From: Patescibacteria group bacterium
Lineage (GTDB): Bacteria > Patescibacteriota > Patescibacteriia > JBDRGY01
NCBI GenBank assembly: GCA_043817315.1
Contig: JBDRGY010000003.1
Coordinates: forward strand, 59,181 to 123,180
Direction: 5' to 3'
Length of the DNA stretch: 64,000 nucleotides
In this document: positions 35,567-42,719 of the stretch, piece after piece
Layout: each line of letters opens with the position of its first letter
Position numbering within the stretch: position 1 is the stretch's first letter
Made by a program: the position numbers and the translations under genes
The notes under the pieces: model-generated
The model's input: only the letters and a program-made list of their open reading frames with translations
Told to the model about the DNA's origin: nothing
Databases searched by the model: none

Positions 35567-36620
35567 CGAAGAAGGTTCACTTTCTAGCCCACGTTTGGGC
35601 AGAGCAGGGAGAAGATCGCCGGTGGCGACTGACGCCGGTCCAGCAACCGCTGAATCTGGGCATGGTTGTTGCCCGTCTCGATCATCTGCCTGACCTGGTC
35701 AGGGTCGAAACCCTTGTTGACCAGTTCCTGGCAGTTGACACAAAGGTCGGTGCAAGCAACCCAACGGCGATAGCGCGGTATCTTGCTCCCGCAGCCTACG
35801 CACTTGTCACCGTTGCCGTTTGCCAGCTGGCTGCGGACGTGTCTTCCCTCACGAACCGAACGATGAAGGAGAGCTTCCCGATCCGGACTGAAGTCCCCTG
35901 TCGAATCAGCCATGTGCACAGCGTAGCGCTGTGATGGTATGTGCGACAGGGTGTTTTCTGTCCGGGCAAGCACGTCCTTATGCATCTGGAGCTCCCGAAA
36001 CCACCTGGTATCGTGGATTTCTCTCCAACGATCAGCCGGCAAGCAATCCAGAAGTGCCATTACAGTATCGGAGTCGTCTGTTCCCGAAACCAACAACTTG
36101 GGAACCAACTCCTCAGGCGCCGCTGACAACAGCTCATCTGGTTTGATACCCAGACGACTCAGCGATCCTAGCTCGATCCCTACCCCTTCCAGATCCTCTG
36201 CAGTGATGGGTGTTCCACCAAGCAGAGTTGCGGTTTTGATACCGCTGGTCACGCTCCTAGCCTTTGCCATCGAAACACCTGCCCTTCAGGTGTTTGCCAC
36301 CAGTTTTTGCCTTTTCAGGACCTCACCTTAGTTTGCCTCGTGATGCAGCTCTTGGGTTCTGAAGAGGCTAGGGTGCGTGTATCCGGTTCACACACCGACC
36401 TCCTTTCCGGTTTTGAAGGTTGTCGTTGACGATGCCAACGGGACAGATTTACCCCTAGGGGCAATCTGCACAATATAGAGGGGAGAAAAGCGTAGTGCCA
36501 GCTTACCAATGCATCCTGGGTCCAAGGCAGGCAAGGCCTGGTGGGGCCCGTCATCCATGTCTCAGGAATGCTTGAGTTTAGCCGTATCGTGGCCCTCGCA
36601 AATTCTCCCCCTTTATGCGG
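35567..36620. other. ~1-kb GC-rich island in an otherwise AT-rich sequence (compositional anomaly, likely horizontally acquired)
   Basis: Visibly high G+C from ~35570 to ~36620. Flanking DNA returns to the AT-rich background on both sides. Contains a single confident gene on the minus strand. Confidence 0.6.
35584..36270 (-). CDS. DksA/TraR-family C4-type zinc-finger protein encoded in the GC-rich island
   Basis: C-terminal CVGCGSKIPRYRRWVACTDLCVNCQ fits the dksA/traR C4 motif (C-x2-C-G-x2-I-x3-R-x6-LC-x2-CQ). SD-like AGGTG lies 5 nt upstream of ATG 36270. Own intrinsic terminator. N-terminal 150 aa are uncharacterised. Confidence 0.5.
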   Translation of the reverse strand: MAKARSVTSGIKTATLLGGTPITAEDLEGVGIELGSLSRLGIKPDELLSAAPEELVPKLLVSGTDDSDTVMALLDCLPADRWREIHDTRWFRELQMHKDVLARTENTLSHIPSQRYAVHMADSTGDFSPDREALLHRSVREGRHVRSQLANGNGDKCVGCGSKIPRYRRWVACTDLCVNCQELVNKGFDPDQVRQMIETGNNHAQIQRLLDRRQSPPAIFSLLCPNVG

Positions 36621-36694
36621 GGTTTTGGTTGAAAGTGAATATTCAAGGAACGTATTGCTTATTATAAATAATTTGGTATTTTTGTCAAGCCCCC

Positions 36695-38752
36695 CTACTC
36701 TAAATGTATATCTTGCCCGAATTGGGCAATTTTTTTAGATAATAAAGAAAATTTATCGAGTTGTTTAATACTCTTTTGAGCGGCCTCCCTGGCTTCTTGA
36801 ATAATTTGATGATCAGATAGGGTGGCAATCTTTAGGTCAAGATAGCCTGATTGACGAATTCCGTATATCTCACCGGGACCCCTGAATTGTAAATCTTTTT
36901 CGGCCAGCTCAAAGCCATTTTGAGAAGCCACTAGCGCCTCCAATCTGTCCAGTGTCTTGGCGGTTTCATTTTCCGTAAAAAGAAAACAGTAAGACTGATG
37001 CCGGTCACGACCGATACGGCCCCTGAATTGATGTAATTGGGCCAGACCAAATCTTTCAGCCCCTTCAATCATCATTACGGTAGCATTGGGGATATCAATA
37101 CCGACTTCCACCACTGAGGTGGAAACCAGAATATTGATTTTATTATCGCTAAAGTCTTGCATTACTTTATCTTTATCTTTTGGTTTGAGCTTGCCGTGCA
37201 AGAGCCCGATTATTAGCTCAGGAAAAATTTGCTGATCCAGCTTTTTGTACTCAGTGGTGACGGCCTTTACTCCCAGTTTGTCAGAGGGGTCAATCAGAGG
37301 ACAGACAACAAATATCTGTCGACCGGCTTTTATTTGATCATCAATAAACTTATAAGTCTCATCTCTTTTTTCCGGTTGCACAATTTTAGTGATTATCTTT
37401 TTACGGCCAGAGGGTAATTGATCGATTATTGATAAATCTAAATCACCATAAATCGCCAGGGCCAAGGAACGGGGAATCGGGGTGGCAGTCATCGAAAGCA
37501 GGTGGGGTAGTAGCTCGTCCTTGGATTGGCTTTTCAGTTTTTTTCTTTGGGCTACTCCAAAACGATGCTGCTCATCAACAATGGCTAATCCCAGATTGTG
37601 AAAGTTAATTTCCCCTTCGATTAAAGCGTGGGTGCCGATTACAAAGTTAATTGCGCCATCGCTGATTAAGCCAATAAGTTCTTTCTTAGTTACCGAAGAT
37701 CGTAAATTTGTTTCAAAATGAGCACGGGTTAAAATGGCTACTTTCAGCTTTTTCTGCAGCAACTTTTTAATGTTGTCATAATGTTGACGAGCTAATATTT
37801 CTGTCGGAGCCATCAACACAGATTGAAAGCCATTGAGAAAACAGTTAATGACCGCAATTACGGCGGTAATGGTTTTCCCCGAGCCAACATCTCCCTCCAG
37901 AAGGCGATTCATTGGTCTGCCCCCCGCAAGATCTTTGAGAATTTCCCAGGCGGCTTTTCTTTGGGCATCAGTTAATTTAAACGGCAATTTAGACACAAAA
38001 GCCTTGGTTTCTTTTTCTTTAAATTTAACCAAGGGGGATTTTTGTTTAGCTAAATCCTGCTTATTTTTTAGGGCAAAAAGCTGGATCAAAAAGAGCTCGT
38101 CGAACTTTAAACGATGGCGGGCGGACTCCAGGTTTTTTTGATTTTGAGGAAAATGGATCTGTTGGTAAGCGGTTTTTAGATTGGTTAGGCGGTATTTATT
38201 TTGGATGGGCTGGGGTAGCCAATCGATGATCGAGTTAGTAACTGGAAGGGCTTTTTTTATCAGAAATCTTAGCTGTTTTTGAGTCAGATTGGAAGTAGTG
38301 GAATAGATGGGAATGATGCCGGCAGTGTGGATTTGATCGGGCCTTACTTTTTCAAAAATCGGAGATACTAATTGTAAACCATATTGACTTAATTCGCATT
38401 TCCCTGAAAGGTAGACAGAATCGCCCGCTTCTAATACCTTAGTCAGAAAACCCTGATTGAACCAGACTACCTTAAGGCTGGCTGTTTGATCTTTTACCAG
38501 ACTTTCCGTGATCATCATTCTCTTGCGAGGAGAACGGAAATTCTTTATCATTTGCACTTTGGCTTTTACAGTAACGATGTCACCACTTTTAACCTGGGCG
38601 ATTGTTGTTATTTGGGACAAATCATCGTAGCGAAAGGGAAAATAGGTTATTAAATCAAAAATAGTTGCTACACCCAATTTCTTCAAACGGGTGGCCACTG
38701 CTTTACCTACGCCGGACAAGTCTTCTATCGACTGGTTATAGTCAGCTCTCAT
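36695..38752 (-). CDS. recG: ATP-dependent DNA helicase RecG
   Basis: 685 aa. N-terminal wedge region (LSGVGKAVATRLKKLGVATIFDLITYFPFRYDD). Helicase motif I GDVGSGKT. DEQHRFGV motif II. C-terminal FRGRIGR. Confidence 0.9.
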   Translation of the reverse strand: MRADYNQSIEDLSGVGKAVATRLKKLGVATIFDLITYFPFRYDDLSQITTIAQVKSGDIVTVKAKVQMIKNFRSPRKRMMITESLVKDQTASLKVVWFNQGFLTKVLEAGDSVYLSGKCELSQYGLQLVSPIFEKVRPDQIHTAGIIPIYSTTSNLTQKQLRFLIKKALPVTNSIIDWLPQPIQNKYRLTNLKTAYQQIHFPQNQKNLESARHRLKFDELFLIQLFALKNKQDLAKQKSPLVKFKEKETKAFVSKLPFKLTDAQRKAAWEILKDLAGGRPMNRLLEGDVGSGKTITAVIAVINCFLNGFQSVLMAPTEILARQHYDNIKKLLQKKLKVAILTRAHFETNLRSSVTKKELIGLISDGAINFVIGTHALIEGEINFHNLGLAIVDEQHRFGVAQRKKLKSQSKDELLPHLLSMTATPIPRSLALAIYGDLDLSIIDQLPSGRKKIITKIVQPEKRDETYKFIDDQIKAGRQIFVVCPLIDPSDKLGVKAVTTEYKKLDQQIFPELIIGLLHGKLKPKDKDKVMQDFSDNKINILVSTSVVEVGIDIPNATVMMIEGAERFGLAQLHQFRGRIGRDRHQSYCFLFTENETAKTLDRLEALVASQNGFELAEKDLQFRGPGEIYGIRQSGYLDLKIATLSDHQIIQEAREAAQKSIKQLDKFSLLSKKIAQFGQDIHLE

Positions 38753-38816
38753 AGCTTTATTTTAGCAGAAGATTGGAAATAAAAAAATCAGGTAGATAAT
38801 AAATTATTAGTCTTTA

Positions 38817-39140
38817 TCAGACTTGATCCGATAACCCAGAAATTCCATCGAACCAGTCCTTGGATAGATCATACCAGTTTGGATTTTCTTTTTCTATTAA
38901 GGACAGCTTCCAATCCCTATTCCATCCTTTCAGTTGTTTTTCGCGACGGATTGCTTCACTAATATCATCTATTTCTTCAAAATAAACGAGTTTGTTAACA
39001 TGATACTGAGCCGTGAAGCTGTATTTGTCGAATTTAGTTTTGTGTTCATAAACTCGTCTAATAAGGTTGTTGGTTACGCCGATATATAGCGTTCCATTGC
39101 GCTGGCTGGCCAATATGTAGATATAATAAATACGGGACAT
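38817..39140 (-). CDS. GIY-YIG nuclease-family small protein
   Basis: 107 aa. YYIYILASQRNGTLYIGVTNNLIRRVYEHK is the GIY-YIG/UPF0213 signature. Confidence 0.75.
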   Translation of the reverse strand: MSRIYYIYILASQRNGTLYIGVTNNLIRRVYEHKTKFDKYSFTAQYHVNKLVYFEEIDDISEAIRREKQLKGWNRDWKLSLIEKENPNWYDLSKDWFDGISGLSDQV

Positions 39141-39219
39141 AAGATTTTTCTTTTATTTCCCGTCTTTTCTGGACTGTCGAATCAAGTTCGACAGTGACTG
39201 CGTGTGTTTTAATTTCTTT

Positions 39220-39294
39220 GGTACCCTCGAGTGGAATCGAACCACTATTACAGGCTCCGCAAGCCTGTGTCCTATCCGTTGAACGACGAGGGCT
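39220..39294 (-). tRNA. tRNA-Arg (anticodon GCG), CCA encoded
   Basis: Hand-folded GCCCTCGTCGTTCAACGGATAGGACACAGGCTTGCGGAGCCTGTAATAGTGGTTCGATTCCACTCGAGGGTACCA. 7-bp acceptor stem (G1-U71 wobble). D-loop with GG and A20. Anticodon stem CAGGC/GCCTG with loop TTGCGGA. T-loop TTCGATT. Confidence 0.7.
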
Positions 39295-39366
39295 AAGTAT
39301 TTTAAAAAGCTTACAGACCACAGCTCATAGCTGTAAGCGGCAGACTGTAAGCTATAAGCAGTTCCT

Positions 39367-39870
39367 TCAGAATTTCAGAGTACGGCGCAGGCCGCGGGAA
39401 AAACCCTCGTGCTCTTTAGTCAAATCTTCTTCAAGATATTGGAGCAAGAATTCCCTGATGCGAACCGGGTTATTATCTTGGAGGGGAACAGCCAGTTCTG
39501 GTCGGATAGCACTTTTAAATTCAAAAAATAGCTCTTTTACTTCAGGAGGATTGTAGATAACCCAGAAATTTTCTATTCGGCTATAAGTGTAAAGTTTCTT
39601 ATCTAAAATAATTCCGTCTTCAGTAATTTGGAAATGAATTTGGTGCGGATCTTTTTTTCCCTGGAAAAAGATAATGACGTCCACCATAACAATAATGATA
39701 GCAAACAGCGGGTTGGCGGTGAAAATTGCAAATATCAAAAAAGCAACTGAAATGACAATGTACCAGAAGTACCATACTCCCGTTCTCTTATACTGTTGAT
39801 ACTCAGGGAAGTCCCACTTAGCAAAGATTTTGCCGTATTCTCCTTCAGGAAATTCTTCTTTTTTAGCCAT
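39367..39870 (-). CDS. Hypothetical membrane protein (167 aa, 2 TM)
   Basis: Hydrophobic segment VWYFWYIVISVAFLIFAIFTANPLFAIIIVMVDVIIFF. No recognisable motif. Confidence 0.35.
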   Translation of the reverse strand: MAKKEEFPEGEYGKIFAKWDFPEYQQYKRTGVWYFWYIVISVAFLIFAIFTANPLFAIIIVMVDVIIFFQGKKDPHQIHFQITEDGIILDKKLYTYSRIENFWVIYNPPEVKELFFEFKSAIRPELAVPLQDNNPVRIREFLLQYLEEDLTKEHEGFSRGLRRTLKF

Positions 39871-39920
39871 ATTGATGTTGTTATTTTTTATCTATAGTAA
39901 TAATAGCTTAAAACGACTGA

Positions 39921-41102
39921 TTATTCAATTTTTAACCATTCTCTCTTGCCTTTTTGAAGAATATCGCCTGATTTTACTTTTTGATCAGGTGATTTTATCA
40001 CTTGACCATTAAGCTTAATCCCGCCCTGGGTGATCAGTCTTCTGGCCTCTCCCTTGCTCTTAACCAACTTGGTTTCCGCCAGCACCAGAAGGACAGTGCT
40101 AGAGGTAACTTTTATTGTTTTTAGATCAGTCGGAGCCGTTTTTTCCCTGATAACTTTTTGAAAATGTCCTTGACCAATATCTGTCCCTTTGGCTCCCCAA
40201 TATATTTTGGTGATAGCTTTAGCCAACTCTTCTTTTATATCTTTTGGGTTTTTGCCCCTTTTCAGTTGTTGTTGCAGTTCTTTAATCTGGACTAGCGGCA
40301 GTTCAGTACAATGTTCAAAATAGGGAATTATCAGCTCGTCATTTATACTCATTACTTTGCCAAACATTTCTTGAGGCTCATCCAGAATATTTATGGTATT
40401 CTTCCAGCTGGAACTCATCTTGCGGCCATCCGGCCCTTCTAAAAGTTTAACCGTCAAAACGTTTTGCGGGGGTTGCTGGTATGATTTTTGAAGAGTACGA
40501 CCCGATAACAGATTAAACCATTGGTCAGAACCACCAATTTCTACATCAGCCCTGATGGCTACAGAATCATAGGCTTGCATCAGGGGATAAATTAATTCTC
40601 GCACTGAAATGCGGCTACCTTTTTTCAATCGAGTTTTTATATTAGTTCTGGAAATAAATTCGTTTAAGGAAAAAACACTGGCCTGTTTGGATAGTTCCCA
40701 GAAATCCAGCTTAGCTAGCCATTCTGAATTGTGTTTAATTTCAGTTTTTTTGATATCTACTATTTTACCGAACTGTTTGATGTATGTTTTTAGATTTTTC
40801 TGGACTTGTTCTTTAGACAACATTGGTCTTTCTGCATCTTTGTCAGAAGTATCTCCCACCAGACCGGTAAAGTCGCCGACAATTAATATAATTTGATGAC
40901 CCAACTCCTGGAACCTCTTCAGCTTGAGCAACAAAACTGCATGGCCCAGATGAAGATTGACGGCAGTTGGATCAATGCCCAGTTTTATTTTTAATTTCTG
41001 GCCTGATTCCAATTTCTGATGTAAATTCTTCTTTATTTCGATTCGAAAGATACTGCGGGTTAACAGGTCTTCGATAATTTCTTTTTTTGATAGTTTGGTC
41101 AT
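39921..41102 (-). CDS. tyrS: Tyrosyl-tRNA synthetase
   Basis: GIDPTAVNLHLGHAVLLL (HIGH-type), KMSSS (KMSKS), C-terminal S4-like domain (RRLITQGGIKLNGQVIKSPDQKV). Confidence 0.9.
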   Translation of the reverse strand: MTKLSKKEIIEDLLTRSIFRIEIKKNLHQKLESGQKLKIKLGIDPTAVNLHLGHAVLLLKLKRFQELGHQIILIVGDFTGLVGDTSDKDAERPMLSKEQVQKNLKTYIKQFGKIVDIKKTEIKHNSEWLAKLDFWELSKQASVFSLNEFISRTNIKTRLKKGSRISVRELIYPLMQAYDSVAIRADVEIGGSDQWFNLLSGRTLQKSYQQPPQNVLTVKLLEGPDGRKMSSSWKNTINILDEPQEMFGKVMSINDELIIPYFEHCTELPLVQIKELQQQLKRGKNPKDIKEELAKAITKIYWGAKGTDIGQGHFQKVIREKTAPTDLKTIKVTSSTVLLVLAETKLVKSKGEARRLITQGGIKLNGQVIKSPDQKVKSGDILQKGKREWLKIE

Positions 41103-41129
41103 AAAAATTGGGCTTATGAAGAAGTGTCT

Positions 41130-41387
41130 TTATTTTTTCCTTTCGGTAAAGAAAAAATAGATGATTAGATAAAGTATGATGATAACTGCAACTGATACAA
41201 TAAAACTGGTCAATCCCTCAAAAGCCTCTGGCCAAAATAGGTCGAGGTCCAAAATCCTGAATAAATGGAGCTGGGACTTATCAACTGATTTAATGGAATA
41301 GGCAATCAGGATAGCAATATGGATAACCCCGGTAAATAAGATTAGTTTCAGAAAGGCTGCTAGAAATCTGTTTCTTATTTTTGGCAT
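41130..41387 (-). CDS. Small hypothetical membrane protein (85 aa)
   Basis: Two hydrophobic helices and nothing else recognisable. Could be spurious. Confidence 0.25.
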   Translation of the reverse strand: MPKIRNRFLAAFLKLILFTGVIHIAILIAYSIKSVDKSQLHLFRILDLDLFWPEAFEGLTSFIVSVAVIIILYLIIYFFFTERKK

Positions 41388-41406
41388 ATCGTTTTAGATT
41401 TGAAAA

Positions 41407-41493
41407 CGGAAGGAGTGGGATTCGAACCCACGAGACCCCTTGCGGAGTCAAGGTTTAGCAAACCTTTGCCTTAAGCCACTCGGCCATCCTTCC
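41407..41493 (-). tRNA. tRNA-Ser (anticodon GCU), long variable arm, no encoded CCA
   Basis: Hand-folded GGAAGGATGGCCGAGTGGCTTAAGGCAAAGGTTTGCTAAACCTTGACTCCGCAAGGGGTCTCGTGGGTTCGAATCCCACTCCTTCCG. Anticodon stem AAGGT/ACCTT with loop TTGCTAA. T-loop TTCGAAT. Discriminator G. Confidence 0.75.
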
Positions 41494-41501
41494 AAATGTT
41501 G

Positions 41502-41771
41502 CTAATTAATTTTACTTTTTGATGTTTCTTTTAGTAGAAATTTTAACCGCTCTTTGCCTTTACCAGATTTAAGAAACTTTTCTTCCCTTAAAGCATCAGT
41601 CTTGTTGCTAAAAACTGCATAATATATTAGTTTCCATGGAGCACCGTTTTTTGTAGAGGCATTTTTTCTTGAATTGTGTTCCTTAACCCTACCCTTTAGA
41701 TTCTTGGAATATCCCTTATAAAGTTTGCCAGTTTTTAGACTCCTTATTATGTAAACATAATGCATATTCAT
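41502..41771 (-). CDS. GIY-YIG nuclease-family small protein (second copy)
   Basis: From internal Met: MNMHYVYIIRSLKTGKLYKGYSKNLKGRVKEHN. The track ORF's upstream 59 codons run across tRNA-Ser(UGA) and a GC hairpin, so the start is placed at 41771. Confidence 0.6.
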   Translation of the reverse strand: MNMHYVYIIRSLKTGKLYKGYSKNLKGRVKEHNSRKNASTKNGAPWKLIYYAVFSNKTDALREEKFLKSGKGKERLKFLLKETSKSKIN

Positions 41772-41830
41772 TCTGCCACTTCGGCCCAAGGCCGACCAGC
41801 CTCGGGCTGGCGGCCATCCTTCCCCGTGTT

Positions 41831-41920
41831 TGGCGGAGGGGGTGGGATTCGAACCCACGGTGACGTTGCCGCCACAGCAGTTTTCAAGACTGCCCGATTC
41901 AACCACTCTCGCACCCCTCC
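41831..41920 (-). tRNA. tRNA-Ser (anticodon UGA), long variable arm, CCA encoded
   Basis: Hand-folded GGAGGGGTGCGAGAGTGGTTGAATCGGGCAGTCTTGAAAACTGCTGTGGCGGCAACGTCACCGTGGGTTCGAATCCCACCCCCTCCGCCA. Anticodon stem GCAGT/ACTGC with loop CTTGAAA. T-arm GTGGG/CCCAC. Confidence 0.75.
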
Positions 41921-41992
41921 AGGTTACAAAAAAACCTGGCTTTTTCAATGTTTGGTTTTAACATTATACCAAAAATAAGTCAATCTGACAAT

Positions 41993-42676
41993 CTAGCCCT
42001 TAGCAATAACCAGGCCCCAAACCTCCCTGGCGCCGGCTTCTTTCAGCACTCTAGCGCATTCATTTAAGGTAGATCCGGTAGTAAAGACGTCGTCAATAAT
42101 AAGCACCCGCCGGCCGTAACAACCCCTTTGTAGCCGAAAAGCATTTCTGATATTTTTAGCTCTTTGTTCTTTGTTAAGACGGGCTTGGGGTTTAGTGTTT
42201 TTAAGTCTTTTAAGTAAGTCGGGATCGAAAGACAACCAAAATGTGTCAGCTATATAATTAGCCACTTCTTCGGCCTGATTAAAACAGCGTAACTTCTGTC
42301 GCTTCAGATGCAGAGGTAGGCTGGTGATAATGAAATCAGAGAATACCTGGTTGTCCTCCAGATAATTAATCAAGATTTGGCTTAATGCCTTCGACAACGA
42401 TTTGACATATTGATATTTGTAACAATGAATAATTTTTTGCAATAGTCGATATTTATAATCAGAGGCAATGATAACCCCGTCCAGCGACCGATTTTGGTGA
42501 CATTGAGAACAAAGACGCCAACTATTACCCGGACGATGGCAGATAGGGCAGAAGTAATGCTGATTTAGGGGAATAGAGTCGAGGCATTTACTGCAAAGAA
42601 AAAATCCCGATTTCCCGCAGCCAAGACATTGAATTGGAAAAAACAGATTGATAATTTTGCTGAAGAATATATTCAT
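41993..42676 (-). CDS. comF: ComF-family protein (competence-associated phosphoribosyltransferase-like)
   Basis: N-terminal double zinc-ribbon (CLGCGKSGFFLCSKC ... CPICHRPGNSWRLCSQC). C-terminal PRTase-type motif (VLIIDDVFTTGSTL). Confidence 0.7.
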   Translation of the reverse strand: MNIFFSKIINLFFPIQCLGCGKSGFFLCSKCLDSIPLNQHYFCPICHRPGNSWRLCSQCHQNRSLDGVIIASDYKYRLLQKIIHCYKYQYVKSLSKALSQILINYLEDNQVFSDFIITSLPLHLKRQKLRCFNQAEEVANYIADTFWLSFDPDLLKRLKNTKPQARLNKEQRAKNIRNAFRLQRGCYGRRVLIIDDVFTTGSTLNECARVLKEAGAREVWGLVIAKG

Positions 42677-42719
42677 AAAAAAACAGGGTTACTTTTCGAC
42701 CCCGTCTTATATTAATAAA

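Noticed and set aside
35527-36331. Plus-strand ORFs 35527..35934, 35939..36331 and others in the GC-rich island
   Set aside because: GC-rich DNA generates long open frames by chance. Only the minus-strand ORF has an RBS, a recognisable zinc-finger motif and a matching terminator.
36271-36694. Structured ncRNA (RNase P RNA, tmRNA, SRP RNA, riboswitch) in the GC-rich leader upstream of the TraR-like gene
   Set aside because: None of the conserved sequence blocks of these RNAs could be recognised. It remains an unexplained GC-rich leader and needs a covariance-model scan.
39058-39321. 87-aa minus-strand ORF overlapping tRNA-Arg
   Set aside because: It covers the tRNA gene and its flanks. The tRNA fold is far better supported.
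41502-41948. Full 148-aa ORF as called in the track for the second GIY-YIG gene
   Set aside because: Its N-terminal 59 codons run through tRNA-Ser(UGA) and a GC hairpin. The GIY-YIG domain begins at the internal Met (41771).
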